From the NCBI GenBank assembly GCA_964538815.1, contig CAZIHL010000004.1, positions 3,122 through 39,141 on the forward strand: 36,020 nucleotides of DNA. The letters run 5' to 3'. Source of the stretch: an uncultured Candidatus Saccharibacteria bacterium (GTDB lineage: Bacteria > Patescibacteriota > Minisyncoccia > Phycocordibacterales > UBA5272). The first letter of the stretch is position 1. Each line of letters opens with the position of its first letter. A program made the position numbers and the translations under genes. Positions 24,170 through 31,676 of this stretch are shown piece after piece. The notes under the pieces are model-generated. The model saw nothing but the letters and a program-made list of their open reading frames with translations, did no database searches and was not told the origin of the DNA.

Positions 24170-24439
24170 ATGAAAATACAAAATCTAACAAATGAAGAGT
24201 TGATTATGAAAACCCAAGAACAAATCACTCTCTTAAAAAATGGTCTGAGTAGTTTGAACTCTGATTTTTCTTTAAAACAACTTTATAAAGAATTTCATAA
24301 AAGATATATATTTCCAAAAGGGGAATATAAAAAAATATTGAAAGAATTTAATGAAGAAAAGATTTCAGGAAAAGAGTTTAAGGAAAAATTTGTTTCTCTA
24401 TGCAGAGAGGAGAGAGCTGGGCTTGGAATTATAATTTAA
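24170..24439 (+). CDS. Hypothetical 89-aa protein
   Basis: ORF with its own promoter. No family recognised. Confidence 0.4.
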   Translation: MKIQNLTNEELIMKTQEQITLLKNGLSSLNSDFSLKQLYKEFHKRYIFPKGEYKKILKEFNEEKISGKEFKEKFVSLCREERAGLGIII

Positions 24440-24484
24440 GAATTTTAATTCAATAAAACTGGATTAATTTCTGGTTTTTTTCTT

Positions 24485-24631
24485 ATGTTAAAATATATAC
24501 ATATGAAAAAATGGAATAATTTTTATGGCTCTATATTTAATAGTATTTTATTACTAATTTTAATTTGTCTTATGATAGTTGCGCTTTACTATATGAGACA
24601 AAATCCAGATATTTATTTTCCAGGCAAATAA
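24485..24631 (+). CDS. Possible 48-aa single-TM peptide
   Basis: MLKYIHMKKWNNFYGSIFNSILLLILICLMIVALYYMRQNPDIYFPGK, read from the sequence. It is below the ORF-track cut-off. Confidence 0.25.
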   Translation: MLKYIHMKKWNNFYGSIFNSILLLILICLMIVALYYMRQNPDIYFPGK

Positions 24632-24680
24632 GATAAAATTAAGATTACTCTTTACATATATTTCATTTATTGGCTAATTG

Positions 24681-24689
24681 TGATATATT
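24681..24689 (+). promoter_or_regulatory. Extended -10 element TGaTATATT
   Basis: 18 nt upstream of htpX. Confidence 0.4.
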
Positions 24690-24707
24690 ATAGTAATATT
24701 TAACTTT

Positions 24708-25637
24708 ATGTCCAAATCTAATTCTTTATATAAAGAACAATCAAACAACGTCTTCAAAACATGGCTCTATATGGCTTTGTTTGCAGGTATTTTTGCAGCA
24801 ATTGGATTATTCTTAGCTTATTATTTTAATAATGTAAATATTTTTTATTTTGCTATTATATTTTCTTTAATCACAAATATTTTTTCATATTGGTACTCTG
24901 ATAAGGTCGCATTAAGTATGGCAGGAGCGACAGAAGTTAAAAGTAAATCTCAGTATCCAGAATATTGGAATGCAGTAGAAAACTTATCTATAACGGCAGG
25001 ACTACCAATGCCAAAAATTTATGTAATTAATGATCCAATTCCAAATGCTTTTGCTACAGGTAGAAATAAAAATCATTCAGCGATTGCTGCCACTTCAGGA
25101 CTTCTTTCAATGCTTAATAAAAATGAATTGGAAGGTGTCATAGCACATGAATTATCACATATAGGTAATAGAGATATATTACTTTCAACCATTGTAGTTA
25201 TTATGGTTTCTGCTATATCATTTTTATCACAAATGTTTTTTAGAGTTAATATGTTTTCTTCTAATGATAGCGAAGACAGAAAAGGTCTTGGAATATTTAT
25301 GCTTATCGCTTCTATTTTAGCTTTAATACTTGCTCCAATAGCCGCAACAATTATACAACTTGCAATATCAAGAAAAAGAGAATTTTTAGCTGATGCATCA
25401 GGTGCTATTTTAACAAGATATCCAGAAGGTTTAGCGTCAGCTCTACAAAAAATTTCTCAATTTTCACAACCTTTAAATAAAGCTAATAATGCCACAGCAC
25501 ATATGTATATAGTTAATCCTATGGGTTTAAACGGGATTAATAATACAGAGAAGAAAATATCTTGGTTTACTAAATTATTTATGACTCATCCACCAACTTC
25601 TGAAAGAATTAAAGTTTTAATGAGTATGGATAAATAA
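24708..25637 (+). CDS. htpX: Zinc metalloprotease HtpX (peptidase M48)
   Basis: Four TM segments, HELSHI zinc motif, and the REFLADASGA and THPPTSERI C-terminal motifs. Confidence 0.9.
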   Translation: MSKSNSLYKEQSNNVFKTWLYMALFAGIFAAIGLFLAYYFNNVNIFYFAIIFSLITNIFSYWYSDKVALSMAGATEVKSKSQYPEYWNAVENLSITAGLPMPKIYVINDPIPNAFATGRNKNHSAIAATSGLLSMLNKNELEGVIAHELSHIGNRDILLSTIVVIMVSAISFLSQMFFRVNMFSSNDSEDRKGLGIFMLIASILALILAPIAATIIQLAISRKREFLADASGAILTRYPEGLASALQKISQFSQPLNKANNATAHMYIVNPMGLNGINNTEKKISWFTKLFMTHPPTSERIKVLMSMDK

Positions 25638-25653
25638 TTAAATATTATATTAT

Positions 25654-26196
25654 ATGAAATTAAATTTTAAAAAAATTTTTCATAATCTTTTTTCTGTATT
25701 TTTGATTGTATACATTGGATTTATGCTTTATCATACAGCAAGTTTTTCTGGTATGTTTGACATTTCTTTTTGTCTAATAGGTTTTATTTTAGCTGTTTTT
25801 GCTCATGCTAGAAAAAATTATATAACTATAATTTTATTTTTAATACATATGAGTATAGAATGGTTTGAATGGAGTCAAAAAGGTATTAATTTTAATTTAA
25901 GCTCAAGTATTTTTAATTTAGCACATGTGATTATGGATTTTGTATTTTTATCACATGAGTTATCTGCACATATTAAAAAGAAAAAAAGTTTAATTTTTTT
26001 CATTGTTGTATTATTGTTAATAACAGTTTCTTTTTTGGGACATTTTATAATTCCAAAATCAGAAGAGGTTATAGAAATAATAGAACCATTTGTGATAGGG
26101 GGAATATTGGGGTGTGTAATCTCTCACTCTTTAATTCATTTAAAATATTTTAATAAATCTAAATTATTGAAAAATAAAAAAGAAGAATGTTTATAA
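25654..26196 (+). CDS. Hypothetical polytopic membrane protein
   Basis: 180 aa with ~5 hydrophobic helices. Confidence 0.45.
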   Translation: MKLNFKKIFHNLFSVFLIVYIGFMLYHTASFSGMFDISFCLIGFILAVFAHARKNYITIILFLIHMSIEWFEWSQKGINFNLSSSIFNLAHVIMDFVFLSHELSAHIKKKKSLIFFIVVLLLITVSFLGHFIIPKSEEVIEIIEPFVIGGILGCVISHSLIHLKYFNKSKLLKNKKEECL

Positions 26197-26224
26197 AAAA
26201 TCTGAGACGAGTCTCAGATTTTTT
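26195..26224. terminator. Bidirectional terminator AAAAAATCTGAGAC-ga-GTCTCAGATTTTTT
   Basis: Perfect stem flanked by A6 and T6, between convergent genes. Confidence 0.85.
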
Positions 26225-26231
26225 ATAAAAC

Positions 26232-26657
26232 TTATTTATTATTTTTATTATTATTTTTTAATAATCCTAAAATAATAAAAGCACACACCATTAAAGCTAG
26301 ATTTTTTATTATGTATTGACCTTCCATACTAGGAATTAAAAATCCAGTCCAGGTTTCTTTGGTTAATAATATAAGAGGTCCAAGAGTGGTCAGTATGTGA
26401 ATTGTAAATAAAGATAGTGCTATTTTTTCGACTCCTTTTATTAAAAATAGAATACCTATAATACATTCAAATACTCCAAAACCTATTAAAAATGAATTAA
26501 AAGACATAAAAGGAATTGTCTTTTCAAATAAATTTTTAACCAATTCGCTAGCAGGAGATAGTTCTAAAACTTTTAAAAACCCAAACCAAAAATAGATAAT
26601 AAATAAACTTATTCTTGAGAATGAAATTAATCTTTTATATGAATATAAATTTTTCAT
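26232..26657 (-). CDS. Hypothetical four-TM membrane protein (DoxX-like?)
   Basis: 141 aa with four hydrophobic helices. The family assignment is tentative. Confidence 0.4.
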   Translation of the reverse strand: MKNLYSYKRLISFSRISLFIIYFWFGFLKVLELSPASELVKNLFEKTIPFMSFNSFLIGFGVFECIIGILFLIKGVEKIALSLFTIHILTTLGPLILLTKETWTGFLIPSMEGQYIIKNLALMVCAFIILGLLKNNNKNNK

Positions 26658-26683
26658 ATCAATTTAATAAATTTGATAGAGAT

Positions 26684-27364
26684 TTAATCATTTGCAAAAT
26701 TCATTATTTCACCATCTTTTAGATTAAGCATCAAGTTATTTCCGTCTATTTTATAACTAATTACATTATTTAATTGCTCAGCGTAAATATTTTCTTGAGT
26801 ATCTTGGCAGTACATTTTAGTACTAGCAAGAGAATTAAAAGTTAATTTATTATTTTCTTCTACTTTATATTCGGCCATAATATTATTACAATCAGTTGTG
26901 CTTGTAATGCGGCCACCTTCATTGAAAGTTATAGCAAAATCATCTTTTTTGGGAGTTATAATATCACCATTTTTAGTTTTGGTATTTTTCCAAACCCATG
27001 TGTTAATTATTGAGTTATCTTTTATTTTTTCTTCGTTAATTTTACCAATAAATACATCTTTTCCATCTTTAGAAATAGTTACTTCTCCTTGATGTTCCCA
27101 AAATACTAAACTTTCATCAGCATTAGTATATCTTGCACCACTACCAGAAATAGCAGAAGATAAAGTATTTGTTCCTAGTTTTTCTTCAGTGAAAGTTACA
27201 GTTCCAACATTATTATCAAAAGTAGCGTTAATAGTTTCTTCAGAATTAGAATAACTAACATTAACTATATTTTCAGTTGAAGAAGCATTTTGATTTGTTA
27301 AGTTATTATCAACTTTATTTTTTTTCATTAAAGTGTAAGCAAATATAATGATTATTAATATCAA
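26684..27364 (-). CDS. Exported protein with MliC-like and META (HslJ-like) domains
   Basis: SGARYTNADESLVFWEHQGEVTI is MliC-like. ITFNEGGRITSTTDCNNIMAEYKV...LASTKMYCQD...LNNVISYKIDGNNLMLNL is META-like. The start is uncertain (see finding at 27364-27390). Confidence 0.6.
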   Translation of the reverse strand: MILIIIIFAYTLMKKNKVDNNLTNQNASSTENIVNVSYSNSEETINATFDNNVGTVTFTEEKLGTNTLSSAISGSGARYTNADESLVFWEHQGEVTISKDGKDVFIGKINEEKIKDNSIINTWVWKNTKTKNGDIITPKKDDFAITFNEGGRITSTTDCNNIMAEYKVEENNKLTFNSLASTKMYCQDTQENIYAEQLNNVISYKIDGNNLMLNLKDGEIMNFAND

Positions 27365-27715
27365 AACAACCCATAGTATATTTTTTTCATATCTTTATTT
27401 TATTTTTTAATTTTATACTTATAATTTTAATTTATTCATTATAACATTTATAATAATATTTGTCTTTTATTTTTTTTATTACTCTTATTTCAAGTAATTC
27501 TACTCATTTTTTGAAAAATAGTTAAAATAAAAGCTTAAAATAATCAAAATATAAAAACTTTCGTTAAATTAGTTACAAAAAGAAATATTGATATAATAGA
27601 AAGTAATACCAGTCTAAGAACTAATCTTTTATCCATATGCCCTCTTTTATTATATTGAATACCTTTTTAAGGTTTTTTACTGACATACTTTAAAGTATAC
27701 TATATAATTCAATTT

Positions 27716-27807
27716 TGGCGGAGGATGAGGGATTTGAACCCTCGAACGAGTTTGACCCCGTTGCCACCTTTCCAAGATGGTGCACTAAACCGCTATGCGA
27801 ATCCTCC
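27716..27807 (-). tRNA. tRNA-Ser (anticodon GGA), long variable arm, CCA encoded
   Basis: Manual fold of the reverse complement: GGAGGAT/ATCCTCC acceptor, CCATC-TTGGAAA-GGTGG anticodon arm, 20-nt variable arm, GAGGG-TTCAAAT-CCCTC T-arm, G-CCA. Confidence 0.9.
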
Positions 27808-27839
27808 AAATAAAATTTTATTTAAAACTTTTGAATTAT

Positions 27840-27848
27840 ATTTTATCA
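27840..27848 (-). promoter_or_regulatory. Extended -10 element TGaTAAAAT (minus strand)
   Basis: 33 nt upstream of the tRNA-Ser 5' end. Confidence 0.45.
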
Positions 27849-27902
27849 TTTTTATAATATTGAAACCAACTTTGTAAAAGACTTTTAAAAAAAGTTTTTT
27901 TT

Positions 27903-27911
27903 TGATATTAT
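27903..27911 (+). promoter_or_regulatory. Extended -10 element TGaTATTAT
   Basis: 19 nt upstream of tRNA-Ile(TAT). Confidence 0.45.
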
Positions 27912-27929
27912 ATATTTGTTATTTAATAA

Positions 27930-28003
27930 GCTCCCATAGCTCAGTTGGTTAGAGCACACGGCTTATATCCGTGGGGTCCTAGGTTCAAGTCCTAGTGGGA
28001 GCA
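27930..28003 (+). tRNA. tRNA-Ile (anticodon TAT), no encoded CCA
   Basis: GCTCCCA/TGGGAGC acceptor, GCTC/GAGC D-stem, CACGG-CTTATAT-CCGTG anticodon arm, CTAGG-TTCAAGT-CCTAG T-arm, discriminator A followed by CAT. Confidence 0.85.
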
Positions 28004-28005
28004 CA

Positions 28006-28755
28006 TTAATGTGCGAGCGCAAAGCCAAAAATATTTTCTCTTTTTGTTCCAAAATCTATTAAAGTTTTTCTTGCTTCATAAAATGTGGCGCCAGTTGTTG
28101 TGATGTCATCAAATAAAATAATTATTTTATTTTGAAGAAAATCTTTTTGATATTTTTTATTTACTTTAAATGCATCTTTTATTAGATTTTCTCTGTCGTA
28201 TGAAGAGTGGGTGTGGGAGAATTTTATAGTGTGTTTTTGTTTTTGAAGTAAATCGGTAAGAATATTTTCTTCGGTAATTTTTGTTTGACGGCAGGGCTGG
28301 CCGAAGGCCAGCCCTGCCGTATTAAATACAATAATCTCTTTTATAATCTCTTTTATCAATACTTCACTTTGATTATAATTTCTTTCAATTAATCTTTTTT
28401 TGGAAATAGGAATCGGGACAATTATAACATTTTCAATAGTTTGATTTGTCTTTTCTAAAATTTCATTTATAAAATTTAAAAAATCTTTATACACTAATTC
28501 TGCTAAATATTTCGCTACAGCTTTTACATAATAGTATTTAAGTTGAAATATACTCTTTTTAAGAATCTCATTTTTATATAAAAGAGGAGATTTTACCCAG
28601 TCTATACTTTTAGTATTTTCTAAATCTTTATGATTGATTTTTTCTTTATTTAATATTTCTAATTTACATTCTTCACAAAGCATAATTCCATTTTTTTGGC
28701 AACCTATACATTCTTCAATAAATAGAAAATTTAAAAATTTATATAAATTTAACAT
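28006..28755 (-). CDS. comFC: ComF family protein (ComFC-type phosphoribosyltransferase-fold competence protein)
   Basis: N-terminal Cys cluster CIGCQKNGIMLCEEC and the C-terminal PRTase motif IIILFDDITTTGATFYEA. Confidence 0.8.
   Translation of the reverse strand: MLNLYKFLNFLFIEECIGCQKNGIMLCEECKLEILNKEKINHKDLENTKSIDWVKSPLLYKNEILKKSIFQLKYYYVKAVAKYLAELVYKDFLNFINEILEKTNQTIENVIIVPIPISKKRLIERNYNQSEVLIKEIIKEIIVFNTAGLAFGQPCRQTKITEENILTDLLQKQKHTIKFSHTHSSYDRENLIKDAFKVNKKYQKDFLQNKIIILFDDITTTGATFYEARKTLIDFGTKRENIFGFALAH
28288..28320. repeat. 33-nt GC-rich perfect palindrome (15-bp arms, GAA loop) inserted in frame in comFC
   Basis: ACGGCAGGGCTGGCC-gaa-GGCCAGCCCTGCCGT has 25 of 33 positions G/C in a very AT-rich gene. 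It spans exactly 11 codons (TAGLAFGQPCR). Confidence 0.9.
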
Positions 28756-28763
28756 GTTATAAT
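28755..28763 (+). promoter_or_regulatory. Extended -10 element TGtTATAAT
   Basis: 17 nt upstream of pilM. It overlaps the divergent comFC start codon. Confidence 0.5.
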
Positions 28764-28780
28764 TATATTATATAAAATTT

Positions 28781-29854
28781 ATGTTTTTATTTGGATCTAA
28801 TAATAAAGAAGTCATAGAAAGTTGTGTTGGTATAGATATAGGAACCTATTCTATAAAAGTATTGCAAATTAAAAAAAGTAATAATCAAATTTATCTTGAA
28901 ACATATGGAGAACTTGAAATCGCTGCTTATGATGATTTACCACCGGGGTCTATAGCTAATATAGGAGAAGATAAAATGATAAAAGCTCTAAAAGACTTAT
29001 TGATTGCTTCAAAAATAACAGCAGAAAAGATTGTATTTTCTATACCGATGCAAGATTGTTTTATATCTTCAATAACTATACCAAGAGTATCAGATAAAGA
29101 ATTAGCCAGCTTACTTCCAATAGAAGTTAGAAAATATTTACCTATGCCTATATCAGAAGTTAAATTAAATTATTGGAGAGCAGATCTTGGAGATAAAATT
29201 ACAGATACAAATGACACTATAATGATAGCTGCTGTTAAAAATACCACTTTTGAATTATATGAGAAATATGCAAAGAGATTAGGATTGAAAGATTATTCTT
29301 TTGAAATTGAAAGTTTATCTCAAGCAAGAGCAATTTTACAAAATTTAAAAGATGAAAAACCAATAATTAGCATTGATATAGGTGGAAAAGTTTCTTTTGT
29401 TAGTTTAATATATGGAGGAAACTTAAAAGCTACAAATATTATTCAAAAAGGTTCTTATGATAATACTTTACAAATTGCAAAAGTATTGAGTTTATCTGTA
29501 GATGTAGCAGAGGAAGCAAAAAGAGTATTTGGTTATTTAGGAGATGATTCTTCTCCACATTTAGCTGAAGTTATGGGATTAGCAAGTTTTCCACTTTTTG
29601 ATGAAATAAAACATCTTTTATTTGGGTATGAAAGAAAGTATAATATGATTATAGAGAAAGTTGTTATTACTGGAGGAGGTTCTTTACAAAAAGGAATTAA
29701 AGATATCCTCTCAGAATTTTTAAATAGAGAAGTAGTTTTATTGGATATATTTTCGAAATTATCTATACCAGAAAATTTAAGAAATCCTTTAGACAATTTA
29801 AATGAAAAATATGCGGTAGTAACGGGTTTAGCACTTAAAAACTATTTCAAATAA
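28781..29854 (+). CDS. pilM: Type IV pilus assembly protein PilM (actin-like ATPase fold)
   Basis: VGIDIGTYSIKVLQI phosphate-1 motif, DIGG, and ITGGGS near the C-terminus. It heads a pil cluster. Confidence 0.85.
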   Translation: MFLFGSNNKEVIESCVGIDIGTYSIKVLQIKKSNNQIYLETYGELEIAAYDDLPPGSIANIGEDKMIKALKDLLIASKITAEKIVFSIPMQDCFISSITIPRVSDKELASLLPIEVRKYLPMPISEVKLNYWRADLGDKITDTNDTIMIAAVKNTTFELYEKYAKRLGLKDYSFEIESLSQARAILQNLKDEKPIISIDIGGKVSFVSLIYGGNLKATNIIQKGSYDNTLQIAKVLSLSVDVAEEAKRVFGYLGDDSSPHLAEVMGLASFPLFDEIKHLLFGYERKYNMIIEKVVITGGGSLQKGIKDILSEFLNREVVLLDIFSKLSIPENLRNPLDNLNEKYAVVTGLALKNYFK

Positions 29855-29858
29855 ATTT

Positions 29859-30707
29859 ATGATCAATAATATAAAAATAACGAATGAAAAAGATACAGGA
29901 ACTTTTAATCAATTTGTAGCACCGATAGCTACAGATGAATTATCTCCTAAAAAAGATACAGTAAAAATATTTTTAATAGTAATTTTAATAATTGTAATTT
30001 TAGTTTCTGTATTTGCATTTTTTTATTTGGATGTTTTAACTAAAGAAGTAGAAGAAAAAGAATCAGTTTTAAAATCTTATGATTCTAATCCCACCTTAGT
30101 TCAATTTGAAGGTCATTTACCAGATATGAGGATTTTATCTCAAAGATTAAAATTATTAAATTCCGTGTATGACAGTCGTATATATGTTTCTCAAATGATG
30201 TTTCCTATATTAGAATCTGTGGTAGAGTCTAGTAGAAATAGTTATGTTTACTTTAATAAATTTAGTTTGAAAAAAGAAATAAATTCCAACATTTCTTCTT
30301 TAAGTATCAGTGGAATGGCTTTAGATTATCCAACTCTTTATAGACAATTAAATAATTTTAGATCTGGTCTTTATACAGAATTTATTAAAGATTTTAAATT
30401 GACAAGTTTTTCTTTAAATGAAAAAGGAACTGTAGAATTTGATATTACTTTTGATATAGACATAAGCACTACAGCATTTCTTAAATATTTAAATATAATA
30501 AATCCTAATAATTTTCAAACTCAAGATGATAATATTGTTAATTCTGGACCTCTTTTTAATAGTGCTCCTGCAACAAGCATATCAACAACAACTTCTACCA
30601 CAATTAATTCTGAAAACGAAAATAGTTTATTTCCTAGTCGATCAAATTTAAATACTGAAAATTCATCCTCAGCAAATATAGAAAATGATACAGAACAAGG
30701 TAATTAA
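29859..30707 (+). CDS. Bitopic membrane protein in the PilN position (divergent), with a Ser/Thr/Asn-rich tail
   Basis: Follows pilM by 4 nt. One TM helix then a coiled-coil segment. The canonical N-terminal INLLP motif is not seen, so the call is positional. Confidence 0.45.
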   Translation: MINNIKITNEKDTGTFNQFVAPIATDELSPKKDTVKIFLIVILIIVILVSVFAFFYLDVLTKEVEEKESVLKSYDSNPTLVQFEGHLPDMRILSQRLKLLNSVYDSRIYVSQMMFPILESVVESSRNSYVYFNKFSLKKEINSNISSLSISGMALDYPTLYRQLNNFRSGLYTEFIKDFKLTSFSLNEKGTVEFDITFDIDISTTAFLKYLNIINPNNFQTQDDNIVNSGPLFNSAPATSISTTTSTTINSENENSLFPSRSNLNTENSSSANIENDTEQGN

Positions 30708-30722
30708 TGATACAATAAATAT

Positions 30723-31325
30723 ATGCATGGTGAAAGATTAAAAAATAAAATATATGTAAATCTATTATTAATATTATTTATATTTGGTATTATCTATATT
30801 TTTACATATCCTCTTTATTCTGGAAAAGGTTCTATTTATAAACCTAAGAAAAGTATATCTACATATATAGAAGAAAAGAAAAATTTAACAGACGCCATAA
30901 ACATATTGGAAAAATATAATATGAAATTAGCTGAGGCAAATTCTGCATATTTTAATGCTAGTAATAATTTACCTCAAGATTTAGAAAAAATATTACCTAA
31001 TAATGCAGATCCTGTCATAATTGTGTATGAATTAACAAATATAGCTAAGTCTGCAGGTTCTCAAATGTTATTAGCTACCCCAAGAGTGACTGATGATGGT
31101 AATACTGATAGTAGTCAAGCAAAAAAATATAATACAATATCTGTAAGTTTTAATCTGGAAGGAACTTATGAAAATATTAAACATTTCTTAAAGGATTTGG
31201 AAAACTCTAAAAGAATATATAATGTAAAAAGTTTGGATTTCACGACAGAACAAAATAGTGTAGGCACAACCGTAAATAAATATGCATTAGTCGTAGAAAC
31301 TTATTATTTAAAGACAAACAAATAA
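30723..31325 (+). CDS. pilO: PilO-like type IV pilus assembly protein
   Basis: TM helix, coiled coil, then ISVSFNLEGTYENIKHFLKDLENSKRIYNVKSLDF. This matches the PilO core pattern (l.l.G.Y..l..Fl..le...R...i..l). Confidence 0.55.
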   Translation: MHGERLKNKIYVNLLLILFIFGIIYIFTYPLYSGKGSIYKPKKSISTYIEEKKNLTDAINILEKYNMKLAEANSAYFNASNNLPQDLEKILPNNADPVIIVYELTNIAKSAGSQMLLATPRVTDDGNTDSSQAKKYNTISVSFNLEGTYENIKHFLKDLENSKRIYNVKSLDFTTEQNSVGTTVNKYALVVETYYLKTNK

Positions 31326-31329
31326 AAAT

Positions 31330-31635
31330 ATGAGTAATATAGGATCAAAAAAAATAAATACAAAAATATTCCTGCCTATTATTTTAATAGTTATAATTGT
31401 TGGAGGATATTTTTTATATAACACTATTTTTATTTCAACTGAAGCAGTATTAGACAATGCAAATAATGCTTATGTTTCAAAAACTAAAGTTGGACAATAT
31501 ATAGATATCTTAAATAAAGAAAATTTAGTGTTTAATACAAATATAAACAATGAATTAATTATTAATGCTAAAGATTTTTCTGTAAATATAAATCCTAGTG
31601 GCGGAATTGGAAGAAAAAATCCATTTTTACCATAA
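31330..31635 (+). CDS. Small bitopic membrane protein in the pilus cluster (PilP position)
   Basis: 101 aa with one TM. The call is positional only. Confidence 0.35.
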   Translation: MSNIGSKKINTKIFLPIILIVIIVGGYFLYNTIFISTEAVLDNANNAYVSKTKVGQYIDILNKENLVFNTNINNELIINAKDFSVNINPSGGIGRKNPFLP

Positions 31636-31661
31636 TAATTTTTAAATAATATTTTTTTTGA

Positions 31662-31670
31662 TGATATAAT
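31662..31670 (+). promoter_or_regulatory. Extended -10 element TGaTATAAT, 6 nt before the pilB ATG
   Basis: The predicted transcription start coincides with the A of ATG 31677. Confidence 0.45.
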
Positions 31671-31676
31671 CATAGT

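Noticed and set aside
27391-27715. About 325 bp of AT-rich non-coding DNA containing a 30-codon minus-strand ORF (27636 downward; MDKRLVLRLVLLSIISIFLFVTNLTKVFIF).
   Set aside because: The ORF is very short and hydrophobic, which is expected by chance in AT-rich sequence. No promoter-terminator pair or repeat structure could be supported by eye.
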